From contig JAJDYU010000042.1 in assembly GCA_022825005.1 (NCBI GenBank), forward strand, positions 84,949 to 148,948: a stretch of DNA of 64,000 nt, read 5' to 3'. The notes beneath the pieces were generated by a model. That model worked only from the letters and a program-made list of their open reading frames with translations. It did no database searches and was not told the DNA's origin. Positions 1 through 9,875 of the stretch are shown here, in pieces. Both the position numbers and the translations under genes were made by a program. Numbering within the stretch: the first letter of the stretch is position 1; every line of letters starts with the position of its first letter. Source of the stretch: Acidimicrobiia bacterium. GTDB lineage: Bacteria; Actinomycetota; Acidimicrobiia; Acidimicrobiales; Bin134.

Positions 1-777
1 CTGAAGGCCCTCGGCCACCTCTTCTGGGGTACCTGCTAAGAGGGCCCAATCGCCGAATCGGCGCTGGGCAGTGGCCACTATCTCGTCTCGGGCCGCCGTG
101 GAAGGGGCCAGCCCGATGGCCCGCTGCACCGATAGCCGGGCGTTCCCCGATAGGGGTAGCAACTCGGCCAATTCGGCCATGCCGTACACCGGGCAGTTCC
201 ACCAGTCGGCGAAGTCCCGCACCAAGGGCATTGTGAGTTTGCGGCCGGCGCCGCCGATCACGATCGGAATGTGGCCATTTACCGGGGTTGGCTGTTGCTG
301 GGCATTCTCCATCTGGAAGAAGCGGCCATGATGATTCACCGGCTCACCGGTGAGCAGCGCCCGCACCACTTCCAGGGTCTCACGCAGGCGAGCGGCCCGC
401 ACCGCGGGCGGCTCGTCGCCGAGGCCGAAACGCTCCATCTCGTCGGGCACCGAGCCCCACCCGATGCCCAGATCGAAACGACCTCCGCTGAAGTGATCCA
501 GGCTCACCACCATTTTGGCCAGCAGAGCCGGATGGCGGAACTGCCCGCACAGCACCATGTGTCCAATACGCACTTGCTCGGTCCACGCCGCCACCGCGGT
601 GGCCATCACAAAGGCGTCGTACATAGGAGCGGCGGACAACAAGGGCGGGTTCAGGTGATCCATGAGGTCGATCTTGTGGAACCCGCACGCCTCCGCGGCC
701 CGCACCCGCTCTTCGATGGTGGCCATGTCCATCCTCATCTGCGGCATGAACACGCTGAACTGCGGAGGGTTGCTCAT
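1..777 (-). CDS. LLM-class (luciferase-like) F420/flavin-dependent oxidoreductase; C-terminus runs off the window edge
   Basis: Not in the ORF track because no stop lies in the window. My reverse-complement translation from ATG (comp. 775-777) reads MSNPPQFSVFMPQMRMDMATIEERVRAAEACGFHKIDLMDHL...GGRFDLGIGWG...IVIGGAG, typical of luciferase-like monooxygenases. It is in frame to position 1. Confidence 0.75.
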   Translation of the reverse strand, partial: MSNPPQFSVFMPQMRMDMATIEERVRAAEACGFHKIDLMDHLNPPLLSAAPMYDAFVMATAVAAWTEQVRIGHMVLCGQFRHPALLAKMVVSLDHFSGGRFDLGIGWGSVPDEMERFGLGDEPPAVRAARLRETLEVVRALLTGEPVNHHGRFFQMENAQQQPTPVNGHIPIVIGGAGRKLTMPLVRDFADWWNCPVYGMAELAELLPLSGNARLSVQRAIGLAPSTAARDEIVATAQRRFGDWALLAGTPEEVAEGLQ

Positions 778-784
778 GTCAGCT

Positions 785-1567
785 TCACTTTCCCAGGCCG
801 CGGCGTTGCATATCGTCGGTGTCGACAGTCCAGTCGCGCATGGCCTGTTCTTCAACTTCTTTGGCTTCGACGAAGCTCATCCCATCGGTGTCGTCGTAGA
901 TACGCATGGTGGCTGCGGTGGCGGGGGTGGTGGAGGCCACGATCTGGGCGGCTAGCCCTATGGCATTTTCCAGAAGCTCGCTGTGGGGGACGACGTGGTT
1001 GACCAGGCCTATGCGGAGAGCCTCTTCGGCGTAGACGAAGCGGGCGGTGGCGGTCATCTCCTTGGCCATGCGCTTGCCCACCGCTCGGGGCAACAGCGCG
1101 GTCATTCCCCAGGCGGCGATGACACCGATTTTGGCGTGGGTGTCGGCGAATCGCGCCTGGTCGGAGGCCATGATGAAGTCGCAGCTAAGGGCGATTTCCA
1201 GGCCGCCGGTGACGCAGGTCCCGTTCACCGCGCAGATCAAGGGCTTGGCGGTGTCTCGACAGGCCTGGGCTGGGTCCTCGGCTTGCCGCTTGTTCCCGTC
1301 AGGTTTTTCTGACACGCCGTCGGCGGCCACTTCTCGCAGGTCTACGCCGCCAGTGAACACCGGGTCGGCTCCGGTGAGGATGACGGCGTCCACTCCGTCG
1401 TCGGCATCGGCTGCCCGCAGCGCAGTGCACAGGTCGTTGCGCATCCGCTTGGTCATGGCGTTGCGGGCCTCAGGCCGGTTCAAGGTGATGACAGCAATGC
1501 GGTCCTCGATCTCGAAGAGCAGGCGCTGGTCATCGGGGGTGATGGCTTTCTCGGCAGGTTTGGCCAT
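785..1567 (-). CDS. enoyl-CoA hydratase/isomerase (crotonase) family
   Basis: Start trimmed to the internal ATG (MAKPAEKAITPDDQRLLFEIEDRIAVITLNRPEARNAM). The upstream extension of the track ORF is R/P/W-rich and overlaps aroC. Also has ILTGADPVFTGGVDL and CAVNGTCVTGGLE crotonase motifs. Confidence 0.85.
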   Translation of the reverse strand: MAKPAEKAITPDDQRLLFEIEDRIAVITLNRPEARNAMTKRMRNDLCTALRAADADDGVDAVILTGADPVFTGGVDLREVAADGVSEKPDGNKRQAEDPAQACRDTAKPLICAVNGTCVTGGLEIALSCDFIMASDQARFADTHAKIGVIAAWGMTALLPRAVGKRMAKEMTATARFVYAEEALRIGLVNHVVPHSELLENAIGLAAQIVASTTPATAATMRIYDDTDGMSFVEAKEVEEQAMRDWTVDTDDMQRRGLGK

Positions 1568-1571
1568 ATCG

Positions 1572-2666
1572 TCAGCAGCCGTCGATGATGCCCACGGCCT
1601 GTTGGCGCAACCAGTGATCGGCCAACACCAGAAGCACTTGGGCCTCCACCATGGGAACTGCTCGGGGCAGTACGCACGGATCGTGGCGACCGCGGGCGGC
1701 CAGCGTGACCGGGTTGTTGTCGCGGTCGACTGTCTCCTGGGGCGACGCAATAGTGGCGGTGGGTTTGAACGCCACTCGGATCACAATGTCCTCGCCATTG
1801 CTGATGCCGCCCTGTACTCCACCGGAACGATTGGCAGTAGTGCGGGGCCGACCGTCTGGCCCAGGGGCAAAGGGGTCGTTGTGCTCTCGGCCGGTCATGG
1901 TCACCCCGGCGAAGCCCGAGCCAATCTCGAAGCCCTTGGCCGCGGGTAACGACAGCGCGGCTTTGGCGAAGTCGGCTTCCAGCTTGTCGAACACCGGTTC
2001 GCCTAGACCCGGGGGGACCCTTCGGGCCACGCATTCGACTATTCCGCCCAGCGAGTTGCCGTCGCGGCGGGCCGCTTCGATGGCCTCGGTCATGGCCTCC
2101 GCGTGTTCGGGCGACGGGCATCGGGTGGCGTCGGCCTCCACGTCGGCCAACGTCACCGCAGTGTGATCGACATCGGCCGTAATGGTGCTCACCTGGCGTA
2201 CCCAGGCCAGCACCTCGATGTCGGCCACGGTCCGAAGGAGCTGGCGGGCGATGGCGCCGGCCGCCACCCGGCCGATGGTTTCCCGGGCGCTGGCTCGCCC
2301 CCCTCCCTGCCAGTTGCGTATGCCGTACTTGGCCTCGGTGGTGTAGTCGGCGTGGGAGGGACGGTAGACGTCCTTGAAGTCCTCATACGCGCTGGGCCGG
2401 GCATCGGTGTTGCCCACCAACACGGCAATAGGCGATCCCAGCGTTTGGCCCTCGAATGTCCCCGAGAGGATCTGTACCTTGTCGGCCTCGTCCCGCAGCG
2501 TGGTGAGCCGGCTCTGACCAGGACGCCTCCGGTCGAGATCGTGCTGGATCATCTTCTCGTCCAGCGGAAGCCGGGGTGGACAGCCATCCACTACCGCGCC
2601 GATGCCTCCACCGTGGGATTCCCCGAAGGTCGTTACCCGGAACAATCGCCCGGTCGAACTGCTCAT
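1572..2666 (-). CDS. aroC: chorismate synthase
   Basis: 364 aa. [23 protein letters not shown]-terminus and overall chorismate synthase pattern (GRHDPCV near the C-terminus). Confidence 0.95.
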   Translation of the reverse strand: MSSSTGRLFRVTTFGESHGGGIGAVVDGCPPRLPLDEKMIQHDLDRRRPGQSRLTTLRDEADKVQILSGTFEGQTLGSPIAVLVGNTDARPSAYEDFKDVYRPSHADYTTEAKYGIRNWQGGGRASARETIGRVAAGAIARQLLRTVADIEVLAWVRQVSTITADVDHTAVTLADVEADATRCPSPEHAEAMTEAIEAARRDGNSLGGIVECVARRVPPGLGEPVFDKLEADFAKAALSLPAAKGFEIGSGFAGVTMTGREHNDPFAPGPDGRPRTTANRSGGVQGGISNGEDIVIRVAFKPTATIASPQETVDRDNNPVTLAARGRHDPCVLPRAVPMVEAQVLLVLADHWLRQQAVGIIDGC

Positions 2667-2771
2667 TGCATCTCAACACTACAGACCGGGCTCTGCCGGT
2701 CTGGGGGTCATATTCGGGCGGTACTGATAGCGGCCATGCGTGGGCCGGCACACCTGTGGCAGTGTCGGGAC

Positions 2772-3554
2772 ATGGATTTGGGCTTATCGGGCAAAGTGGC
2801 GCTGGTGACGGGGAGCTATCGGGGCACGGGCAGCGGGGTCGCCCGAGTTCTGGCCGCCGAAGGCGCTGAGGTGGTGGTTCACGGATTTGAGGAGGGGCAG
2901 GCCGACTGGCTGGCCGATGAGCTGGGGTCGCCGGTTCGAGCAGTGTGGGGGGACATCTGCACCGATGAGGGTGCCGAAACGGTGGTCAGCCAGTGCGGCC
3001 CAGTGGACATCCTGGTCAACAACTACGGCGTGGCGGTGGGCGGCACTTGGGGAGATGACGGCACGGATGTCTGGGTGGATGCCTACAACCGCAATGTGCT
3101 CACCGCGGTTCGGATGACCCGACTCATGGTTCCCGCCATGATGGAGCAGGGTTGGGGCCGGATCGTGCTTGTCTCGACCGTGGGCGCGACTCGTCCCGGC
3201 GATCGCATTCCGGGTTACTACGCGGCCAAGGGCGCGCTCCCGGCTATGACGGTGAGCCTGGCCCGGGAATTGGCCGGCACTGGGGTGACGGTGAACTGCG
3301 TGAGCCCGGGGGCTATCGCCACTCCAGAGCTGGTGGAAATGTGGACTCGTCAGGCCGAGCGGGAGGGCCGTTCCACCGATTGGGCCGAGATCGAGCGCCA
3401 CGTCACCACCGAGATCATGCCCACGCTTACCGGGCGCATCGCCACAGTGTCCGATGTGGGGGAGTTGGTGGCTTTCGTGTGCAGCGACCGGGCCCGCCAG
3501 ATCCACGGCGCCCACCTTCGCATCGACGGGGGTGCGGCCGACGTGGTGACTTGA
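2772..3554 (+). CDS. SDR family oxidoreductase
   Basis: Internal ATG gives MDLGLSGKVALVTGSYRGTGSG (Rossmann TGxxxGxG) and YYAAK catalytic motif. The long upstream extension of track ORF 2103.. is antisense to aroC and non-protein-like. Confidence 0.85.
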   Translation: MDLGLSGKVALVTGSYRGTGSGVARVLAAEGAEVVVHGFEEGQADWLADELGSPVRAVWGDICTDEGAETVVSQCGPVDILVNNYGVAVGGTWGDDGTDVWVDAYNRNVLTAVRMTRLMVPAMMEQGWGRIVLVSTVGATRPGDRIPGYYAAKGALPAMTVSLARELAGTGVTVNCVSPGAIATPELVEMWTRQAEREGRSTDWAEIERHVTTEIMPTLTGRIATVSDVGELVAFVCSDRARQIHGAHLRIDGGAADVVT

Positions 3555-3594
3555 ACCAGCGGCTTGAGCCTCCCCCTCACTAGGCTGCCCGGCG

Positions 3595-5112
3595 ATGCCG
3601 ACCTTGTATGACGTCGTCCGCGACTTCAGCCACACCTGGCCCGACAAACTGGCCGTGCTCACTGAGCAGGATGGACACCGCTCCTTCCGAGAGCTGGCGG
3701 CCCACGGCGGGGCTCTAGCCCATCAATTCCAAACCCGCTTCGGTTTGGGCCTGGGCGATCGGGCTTGCATCTGGATGCAGAACCGCCCCGAGTACATCGA
3801 GTGCCAGCTGGGCATGCAGGCCATCGGCTTAGCGGGCGTTCCCATCAACCCGGAGTGGACCGATCCGGAACTGGATTTCGTGCTCAACCACTCTCGGTGC
3901 CGCTTGGTGTTCGCTGAGGCCGAGCGGGCCGAGCGGGCGGTGGCCCTCACCTCGGGCATGGACTTGGTGGAAGCAGTGGTGAGCGTGGACGAGCCGGTGG
4001 ACGGGGCGTTGCTGCTGGCCGATCTCATCGGCGAGGCGCCGGAGGGCGCGGGCCTGGACCTGCCCCCGGTGGACGGGTTTGTGGAGGGCAACGTGCTCTA
4101 CACCTCGGGCACTACCACCGGGCGCCCCAAAGCGGTGCCCATGAGCCCTGAGCTGTTTGCCGGCGGGGCGGTGCCCTATGAGGAGATGTTCGGGCTGAGC
4201 CACACCGATCGCTCGCTGGTGGTGACCCCGCTGTTCCACGGCAATGCCATGGGTGGGGCCATGTCGGCGTTGAGCCGGGGAGCCAGCGTGGTCATGCAGC
4301 GCAAGTTCTCGGCGTCGCGTTTCTGGGCGCTGGTCGACCTCTACCGCCCGACCTACTTCCTCACCCTGGTGCCCATCATCAACATCTTGATGGCCCAGCC
4401 CCCTGGTCCCCATGAGAAATCGCATTCGCTGAGGGTGATGATCCCGTTGGGCTGCGCCCCAATCATCGAGCAGATCGAGGAGCGCTATGGGGTGCCGTGC
4501 ATGGACTGGTACGGCATGACCGAGGCCGGGTCGGGAACCTACACCCGGTTGGACGAGCCCCGCCGGCCCGGCTCGGTAGGCAAGCCGTTCGAGGGGTCGG
4601 TGCTGCGGATATTTCTGCCCGACGGCTCCGAGGCGCCGACGGGTGAAACCGGGGAGATCTGCTTTCTGCGGTCCACCATCGGGTTCAACGGCTACATCGA
4701 GGACCCCGAGGCCACCGAGGCCGCCACCTCAGGAGACTGGTTCCGCACCGGCGACCTGGGCTACGTGGACGACGATGGCTACTTGTACTTCGTCGACCGC
4801 CAAAAGGACATCGTGCGCCGAGGCGGGGAGAACCTGTCCACCATCGAGGTGGAGACCGCCCTGCGCACCCACCCCGCGGTGGGCGACATCGCCGTGGTGG
4901 CCCGCCCCGACCCGGTACTGGGCGAGACAGTGGCCGCGTTCATCGTGGTAGCCGACGGCTACGAGCTCCCCACCGAGGACGACCTACGAACCCATACCGA
5001 AGGCACCCTGGCCCCCTACAAGGTCCCCACCACCATTCAGCTCATCGACGAGCTTCCCCGCACCGGCAACGGCAAAGTAGAGAAATTCCGCCTCCGCCAG
5101 CGCTTCAACTAA
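3595..5112 (+). CDS. AMP-dependent acyl-CoA synthetase/ligase
   Basis: 505 aa. YTSGTTGRPKAV AMP-binding motif, GWFRTGDLGYVDDDGY, C-terminal GKVEK. Confidence 0.9.
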   Translation: MPTLYDVVRDFSHTWPDKLAVLTEQDGHRSFRELAAHGGALAHQFQTRFGLGLGDRACIWMQNRPEYIECQLGMQAIGLAGVPINPEWTDPELDFVLNHSRCRLVFAEAERAERAVALTSGMDLVEAVVSVDEPVDGALLLADLIGEAPEGAGLDLPPVDGFVEGNVLYTSGTTTGRPKAVPMSPELFAGGAVPYEEMFGLSHTDRSLVVTPLFHGNAMGGAMSALSRGASVVMQRKFSASRFWALVDLYRPTYFLTLVPIINILMAQPPGPHEKSHSLRVMIPLGCAPIIEQIEERYGVPCMDWYGMTEAGSGTYTRLDEPRRPGSVGKPFEGSVLRIFLPDGSEAPTGETGEICFLRSTIGFNGYIEDPEATEAATSGDWFRTGDLGYVDDDGYLYFVDRQKDIVRRGGENLSTIEVETALRTHPAVGDIAVVARPDPVLGETVAAFIVVADGYELPTEDDLRTHTEGTLAPYKVPTTIQLIDELPRTGNGKVEKFRLRQRFN

Positions 5113-6266
5113 GCAAACTCGGCTCGGATTTGGGGGCCGTGCTGGTTGAGAGCCGGGATAGAGGGGGAGTCGTCGGGAGCGGCCTGGTCCCAGTCGGCGG
5201 TGGTGGCGGGGGCGGGAAGGTCGACGGTGCCGTCGGCGTGGGTCACATTGATTCGGTTGAGCTGGGGGTGAGCGGAGAGTCCGGCCACGTCGTTGACTGC
5301 GCCGAAGGCCATCCGGCAGTCGGTGAGCTTGATGTGGAGTCCATCTGTGCTCAGGCGGGCGAACACCTCGGCTACAGCGTCGTCGGTCGCGGCACGGTTC
5401 GTGACTCGAGCCTTGTTGGTGGCGAAGCGGGGATCGTGAGACAGGTCCGGTCGGTCGAGCACTTCTTCGCACAGGGTGCGCCACTCCCGGTCGGACTGCA
5501 CGGCGATGAGCAGGGTAGTGCCGTCGGAGGTGGCAAACCCGCCGTAGGGGGCGATGGACGGGTGGGCCAGCCCGACTCGTTCAGGTCCCTGGCCGAGGTA
5601 GTCATGGTGTAGCAGGGGAACGGTCATCCATTCGGCCATGGTGGAGAACAGCGAGACCTCGATGTTCGCGCCTTCGCCGGTGCGGGCTTGGCGGACCAAT
5701 GCCTGGCTGATGGCCCGGGCCGCGGCCTCTCCGGTGGCGATGTCGGCCACCGACACCCCCACTCGACCGAGCGGCCCCGGTGCTCCTGACACCGACACCA
5801 GGCCGCTTTCGGCCTGCACCAGCAGGTCGTAGGCCTTCATTTGGGCATACGGCCCGGTCGGTCCGTAGCCGGAGATATCGCAGGTCACCAGGCGGGGATC
5901 CTGCTCACGCAGGGACTCTGAGCCGAAACCCAGCCGCTGGGCCGCGCCCACGGCCAGATTCTGGATGTAAACGTCGGCCCGTTCGATCATCCGGCTCAGC
6001 AGTGCTTGGTCTTCACCGTCTTTGAGGTCGAGAACGATCGACTCCTTGCCCCGGTTGAGCCATGCGAAGTAGCTGGACAGCCCGTCGGCGGCCGCGTCGT
6101 AGCCCCGGGAGAAGTCGCCCTCGGCTCGCTCGATTTTGATCACCCTGGCTCCGGCGTCGGCCAGCCGACACGATGTCAGCGGCGCGGCCACTGCTTGTTC
6201 GATAGAGACCACCAGCACGCCATCCAGGGGCTTGGCCGAGCTCACTCCAGCAACGTACCTCTGCAT
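5109..6266 (-). CDS. family III (CaiB/BaiF-type) CoA-transferase
   Basis: Start trimmed to MQRYVAGVSSAKPLDGVLVVSIEQAVAAPLTSCRLADAGARVIKIE. The longer track ORF would overlap the divergent gene at 6299. Confidence 0.85.
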   Translation of the reverse strand: MQRYVAGVSSAKPLDGVLVVSIEQAVAAPLTSCRLADAGARVIKIERAEGDFSRGYDAAADGLSSYFAWLNRGKESIVLDLKDGEDQALLSRMIERADVYIQNLAVGAAQRLGFGSESLREQDPRLVTCDISGYGPTGPYAQMKAYDLLVQAESGLVSVSGAPGPLGRVGVSVADIATGEAAARAISQALVRQARTGEGANIEVSLFSTMAEWMTVPLLHHDYLGQGPERVGLAHPSIAPYGGFATSDGTTLLIAVQSDREWRTLCEEVLDRPDLSHDPRFATNKARVTNRAATDDAVAEVFARLSTDGLHIKLTDCRMAFGAVNDVAGLSAHPQLNRINVTHADGTVDLPAPATTADWDQAAPDDSPSIPALNQHGPQIRAEFA

Positions 6267-6298
6267 GGACTGAAACGACACACCACTAAGCTCCGGCA

Positions 6299-6700
6299 AT
6301 GACGCCTGAAGAGATCCTGGACCTAGCCCGTGAGCACGCCGCGGCCGAAGCGGAGAATGACGCCGAGCGAACACTGGCCACGTTGGTGGACGAGCCCACC
6401 TATGAGTTTTGGCCGATGGGCAAGGGGTTCACCGGTGGCGACCTGGCCCGGACGTTCTATCTGGAGCAGTATCCGCAGTTCGCCCAGCGGGTGACCGGCT
6501 ACGGGGTGCTGGGGGAGTGGACCAACGACCAGTGCGCCATCCAGGAGTACTGGGTGGAGATCGACGGCCAGACCCGCCACATGGTCATGTCCATGATGCC
6601 TGCGGAAGGGAACCTGCTCACCGGGGAGAAGCTGTACTGCGACGACGGCTTTGTGGAGGCTTTGCTCGGCCCCCTTTGTGAGCATTTGAAGCCGCTCTAG
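6299..6700 (+). CDS. small NTF2/SnoaL-like fold protein (function unknown)
   Basis: 133 aa, protein-like composition, size and pattern of NTF2-like proteins. Tightly packed between the CoA-transferase and an acyl-CoA ligase. Confidence 0.55.
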   Translation: MTPEEILDLAREHAAAEAENDAERTLATLVDEPTYEFWPMGKGFTGGDLARTFYLEQYPQFAQRVTGYGVLGEWTNDQCAIQEYWVEIDGQTRHMVMSMMPAEGNLLTGEKLYCDDGFVEALLGPLCEHLKPL

Positions 6701-8196
6701 CCCAAGAGGTGCTTTTGTACTTTGCCCAGCGCGTTGCGGGGGAGTTCTTTGACCAGGTGGAGTATGCGGGGGTGTTTGAAGTCGGCGCACATGCCCTCTA
6801 GGTGGGAGCGCAGGTCGTCCAGGTCGGGGGCCTTTCGAGAGGCTGGCACCACCCATGCGGTGACTAGCTCGCCCCACTCCTCGTCGGGGGTGCCGGTGAT
6901 GGCTACGTCGTCGACTTCAGGGTGGGAGCGCAGGGCATCTTCTACCTCGCGGGGGTAGACGTTCAGGCCTCCGGAGATCACCAATTCCTTGGCCCGGCCC
7001 CGCAGTTTCAGATAGCCAGCTTCGTCGAACTCGCCTAAATCGCCGGTGCGGAACCAGCGGTCTTGGTCAAATGCCTCGTCGGTGGCCTCGGGACGGCGCC
7101 AGTATCCAGCAAAGACGTTGGGCCCCCGCACCAGGACTTCGCTGCTGTCGGGGGCTAACCGCAGCTCTACGCCAGGGAGGGGGAAGCCCACTGTGCCGGC
7201 TCGGCGCTCCTCGTCGTAAGGGTTGGACACCAGCATGATGGTCTCGGTCATGCCGTAGCGCTCTAGCACCCGCACTCCGGCGGCCACTTCAAGGTGGTGG
7301 TGCAGATCAGCGGACAGAGGAGCAGACCCGGCCACGCAGAGCCGAAGACTGGCGAGCTCTCCAACCCTGGGCGACTGGGCCAGGCGGGTGTACATGGTGG
7401 GCACGCCGAAAAAGAGCGTGGCGTCGTGGGCTTGGGCGGCATCCAGCACCGCGTCGGGGGAGAACCCGTCAAGCAGCACCGCGGAGGCGCCGGTCAGCAG
7501 GGTGCCGTGGAGCCCCACCCCCAGTCCGTGCATGTGAAATAGGGGCAGGGCCAATACCAGGCGGTCGTCGGGCGTCCAACGCCAGGCAATGCGCACCGAC
7601 TCGGCTCCGGCCAGCAAGTTCCCATGGGTCAGCACCGCTCCTTTGGGTACCCCGGTGGTTCCCGACGTATAGCCCAACAGCGCAGGATCGCCGCTGGAAA
7701 GCTGATCGAGGCTGGGCGCCGTGCCTTCGTCTAGATCCAGTCGGGGGGAGACCACCGTCATCTCCGGGGCAAGCTCGGCCAGCCACCGGACCCATTCGGG
7801 CTTGTCCACCACCGCAGCCCGAGGATCGGCGTCATCCACGATGTGGTCCAGCTCGGCTCGCTGATAGGCCCCGTTCACCGGTACCACGATCAACCCCAGC
7901 CGCAGGGCAGCCACATGGGCAACCACCAAGTCGACCGACGCGGCCGCGGAGAGGATGACCCGATCGCCCTTGCGGAGACCCGCACCGAAGAGCCTTCCGG
8001 CTGCGACCTTCGTGCGCCGAGCCAAGTCGCCCCTCGAAATCCACCCGGTCCCTGCGTCCCACAGGGTCGGCTTGGACGCCCCAGAAGCCCAGCGCTTGCT
8101 CCAAGCTGCTGGCAGGGTGACCTCGTCCAGCAAGTCCACGTCATCGGGATCTATGCCTCTAGGAAAGTGGACAGCATCGGCTCGGGCAGTGCTCAC
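6697..8196 (-). CDS. AMP-dependent acyl-CoA synthetase (MatB/medium-chain-like)
   Basis: 499 aa, GTG start. YTSGTTGVPKGAVLTH, WFRTGDLGEFDEAGY, NALGKVQK. Confidence 0.9.
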   Translation of the reverse strand: MSTARADAVHFPRGIDPDDVDLLDEVTLPAAWSKRWASGASKPTLWDAGTGWISRGDLARRTKVAAGRLFGAGLRKGDRVILSAAASVDLVVAHVAALRLGLIVVPVNGAYQRAELDHIVDDADPRAAVVDKPEWVRWLAELAPEMTVVSPRLDLDEGTAPSLDQLSSGDPALLGYTSGTTGVPKGAVLTHGNLLAGAESVRIAWRWTPDDRLVLALPLFHMHGLGVGLHGTLLTGASAVLLDGFSPDAVLDAAQAHDATLFFGVPTMYTRLAQSPRVGELASLRLCVAGSAPLSADLHHHLEVAAGVRVLERYGMTETIMLVSNPYDEERRAGTVGFPLPGVELRLAPDSSEVLVRGPNVFAGYWRRPEATDEAFDQDRWFRTGDLGEFDEAGYLKLRGRAKELVISGGLNVYPREVEDALRSHPEVDDVAITGTPDEEWGELVTAWVVPASRKAPDLDDLRSHLEGMCADFKHPRILHLVKELPRNALGKVQKHLLG

Positions 8197-8207
8197 GACT
8201 CACGATA

Positions 8208-9863
8208 ATGTCACTCCCCGTGCCCCTGAACCTGGCTACTGCGTGGGAAAAAATTGCGGAAGTGACGCCAGACGCTGATGCGGTGGTGTGTCATCCGGTC
8301 AGCCGAACCTGGCAAGAGTTTGAGAATCGGGCAGCTCGGCTAGCGGCTGCGCTGGGGGAGTTCGGCATCGGTGCGGGCGACAACGTAGGGCTGTACCTGT
8401 ACAACGGGAACCCCTATAGCGAGGTCACTTTCGGGGCGTTCAAGGTCCGGGCGGCTCCCTGCAATGTGAACTACCGCTATTTGGCCGGGGAGTTGCGCAA
8501 TCTCTTGGAGGACGCTGACGCCAAGGCAGTGTTCTTCTCTCCCGAGCTGGCCGACCGGGTAGAGGAGGCCAGGGCCAGCCTGCCCTTGCTGCGGGCGGCC
8601 ATCTGTGTGGGCGAGCCCAGCGACCCAGTACCCGACTGGGCGCTGGACTACGAGACTCTGATCGCCGACCACGATCCGGCGCCGCCCATCGACCGAAGCC
8701 CTGACGACCTGTGGATCCTCTACACCGGCGGCACTACCGGCAATCCCAAAGGGGTCATGTGGCCCCACAGTTCGGTGATTGGCGCCATGGCCCCCAACTT
8801 CAAAGCGCTGAGGCTGCCGATCCCGGAAACCCTGGAGCAGGTCAAGTCCAACATCGCGGCCATCCATGACAGCAACCGGGTAACCCGCCAGCTGGCGGCC
8901 TCTCCTCTTATGCACGGCACGGCCAGCATTGTGGCGCTGGCCACCTTCACCCAGGGCGGGGCGGTGATCACCATGCCCGAGCGCAGCTTCGACGCCGATG
9001 CCCTGTGGCGCTGTGTGGAACGCGACCGGACCACTGTGCTCACCATCGTGGGGGACGCCTTCGGCCGGCCCATGGCCGAGGCATTGGATGCGGCTGCCGC
9101 CCGAGGCGAGCCTTACGACCTGTCGTCGGTATTCATGGTCATGTCGTCAGGGGTGATCTGGAGCCAGCCGGCAAAAGAAGCTCTGCTGGCACACAAGGAC
9201 ATGAAGTTGGTGGACTCCCTGGGATCCAGCGAAGGCACCGGCACGGGCATGAGGATCAGCGACCGCGAAGGCGGATCCGCCACCGCTCGGTTCACCCTGG
9301 GGGATAACGCCGCGGTGTTCGACGAAAACGACCAACCGGTGGAGCCCGGCTCGGGACAGCAGGGGATGGTGGCGGTGGGCGGCCCCATCCCCATCGGGTA
9401 CTACAAGGACCCGGAGAAGACAGCGGCCACATTCCGCACCATCGGGGGGAGGCGCTGGTCGGTGCCCGGCGATTGGGCCACCGTGGAGGCCGACGGCACC
9501 ATCACGCTGTTGGGCCGGGGCTCGGCCTGCATCAACAGCGCGGGGGAGAAAATCTATCCAGAAGAGGTGGAAGAGGCGGTGAAGGCCCACCCAGCGGTGG
9601 CCGACTGCCTGGTGGTGGGAGTGCCCGATCCCAAATGGGGCGAAGCGGTGACCGCCGTGGTGCAGATGGCCGGCGACCCGGCATCTCAGAATGTGGGCGA
9701 CGACGAGGTCATCGCCGACGCCCGCACCCGCTTGGCGGCCTACAAGCTTCCCAAATCGCTCATCCGAGCCGATGCCGTCCAGCGGGGGGCCAACGGCAAG
9801 CCCGATTACCAGTGGGCTAAGCAATTCGCGCTCGACTCTCTGTCGGAGCAAGCCCCGATCTGA
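8208..9863 (+). CDS. AMP-dependent acyl-CoA synthetase
   Basis: 551 aa. YTGGTTGNPKGVMWPH, WSVPGDWATVEADG, GEKIYPEEVE. Confidence 0.9.
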   Translation: MSLPVPLNLATAWEKIAEVTPDADAVVCHPVSRTWQEFENRAARLAAALGEFGIGAGDNVGLYLYNGNPYSEVTFGAFKVRAAPCNVNYRYLAGELRNLLEDADAKAVFFSPELADRVEEARASLPLLRAAICVGEPSDPVPDWALDYETLIADHDPAPPIDRSPDDLWILYTGGTTGNPKGVMWPHSSVIGAMAPNFKALRLPIPETLEQVKSNIAAIHDSNRVTRQLAASPLMHGTASIVALATFTQGGAVITMPERSFDADALWRCVERDRTTVLTIVGDAFGRPMAEALDAAAARGEPYDLSSVFMVMSSGVIWSQPAKEALLAHKDMKLVDSLGSSEGTGTGMRISDREGGSATARFTLGDNAAVFDENDQPVEPGSGQQGMVAVGGPIPIGYYKDPEKTAATFRTIGGRRWSVPGDWATVEADGTITLLGRGSACINSAGEKIYPEEVEEAVKAHPAVADCLVVGVPDPKWGEAVTAVVQMAGDPASQNVGDDEVIADARTRLAAYKLPKSLIRADAVQRGANGKPDYQWAKQFALDSLSEQAPI

Positions 9864-9875
9864 AAACATAGAGCC

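Noticed and set aside
271-1002. 243-aa plus-strand ORF at the window start
   Set aside because: The opposite strand encodes a clean luciferase-like oxidoreductase (1-777) and the 3' end of a crotonase. The plus-frame product is R/H/G-rich.
2103-2771. Long N-terminal extensions of track ORFs. Affected ORFs are 2103.., 10686..12389, 14959..16539, 16089..17609, 27758..29119, 41843..42904, 785..1750, 5109..6374, 32722.. and 50415..
   Set aside because: The extensions overlap neighbouring genes or are antisense to them, and are R/P/G-rich. They precede internal ATG or GTG codons that begin typical family N-termini or signal peptides, so I trimmed the starts accordingly.
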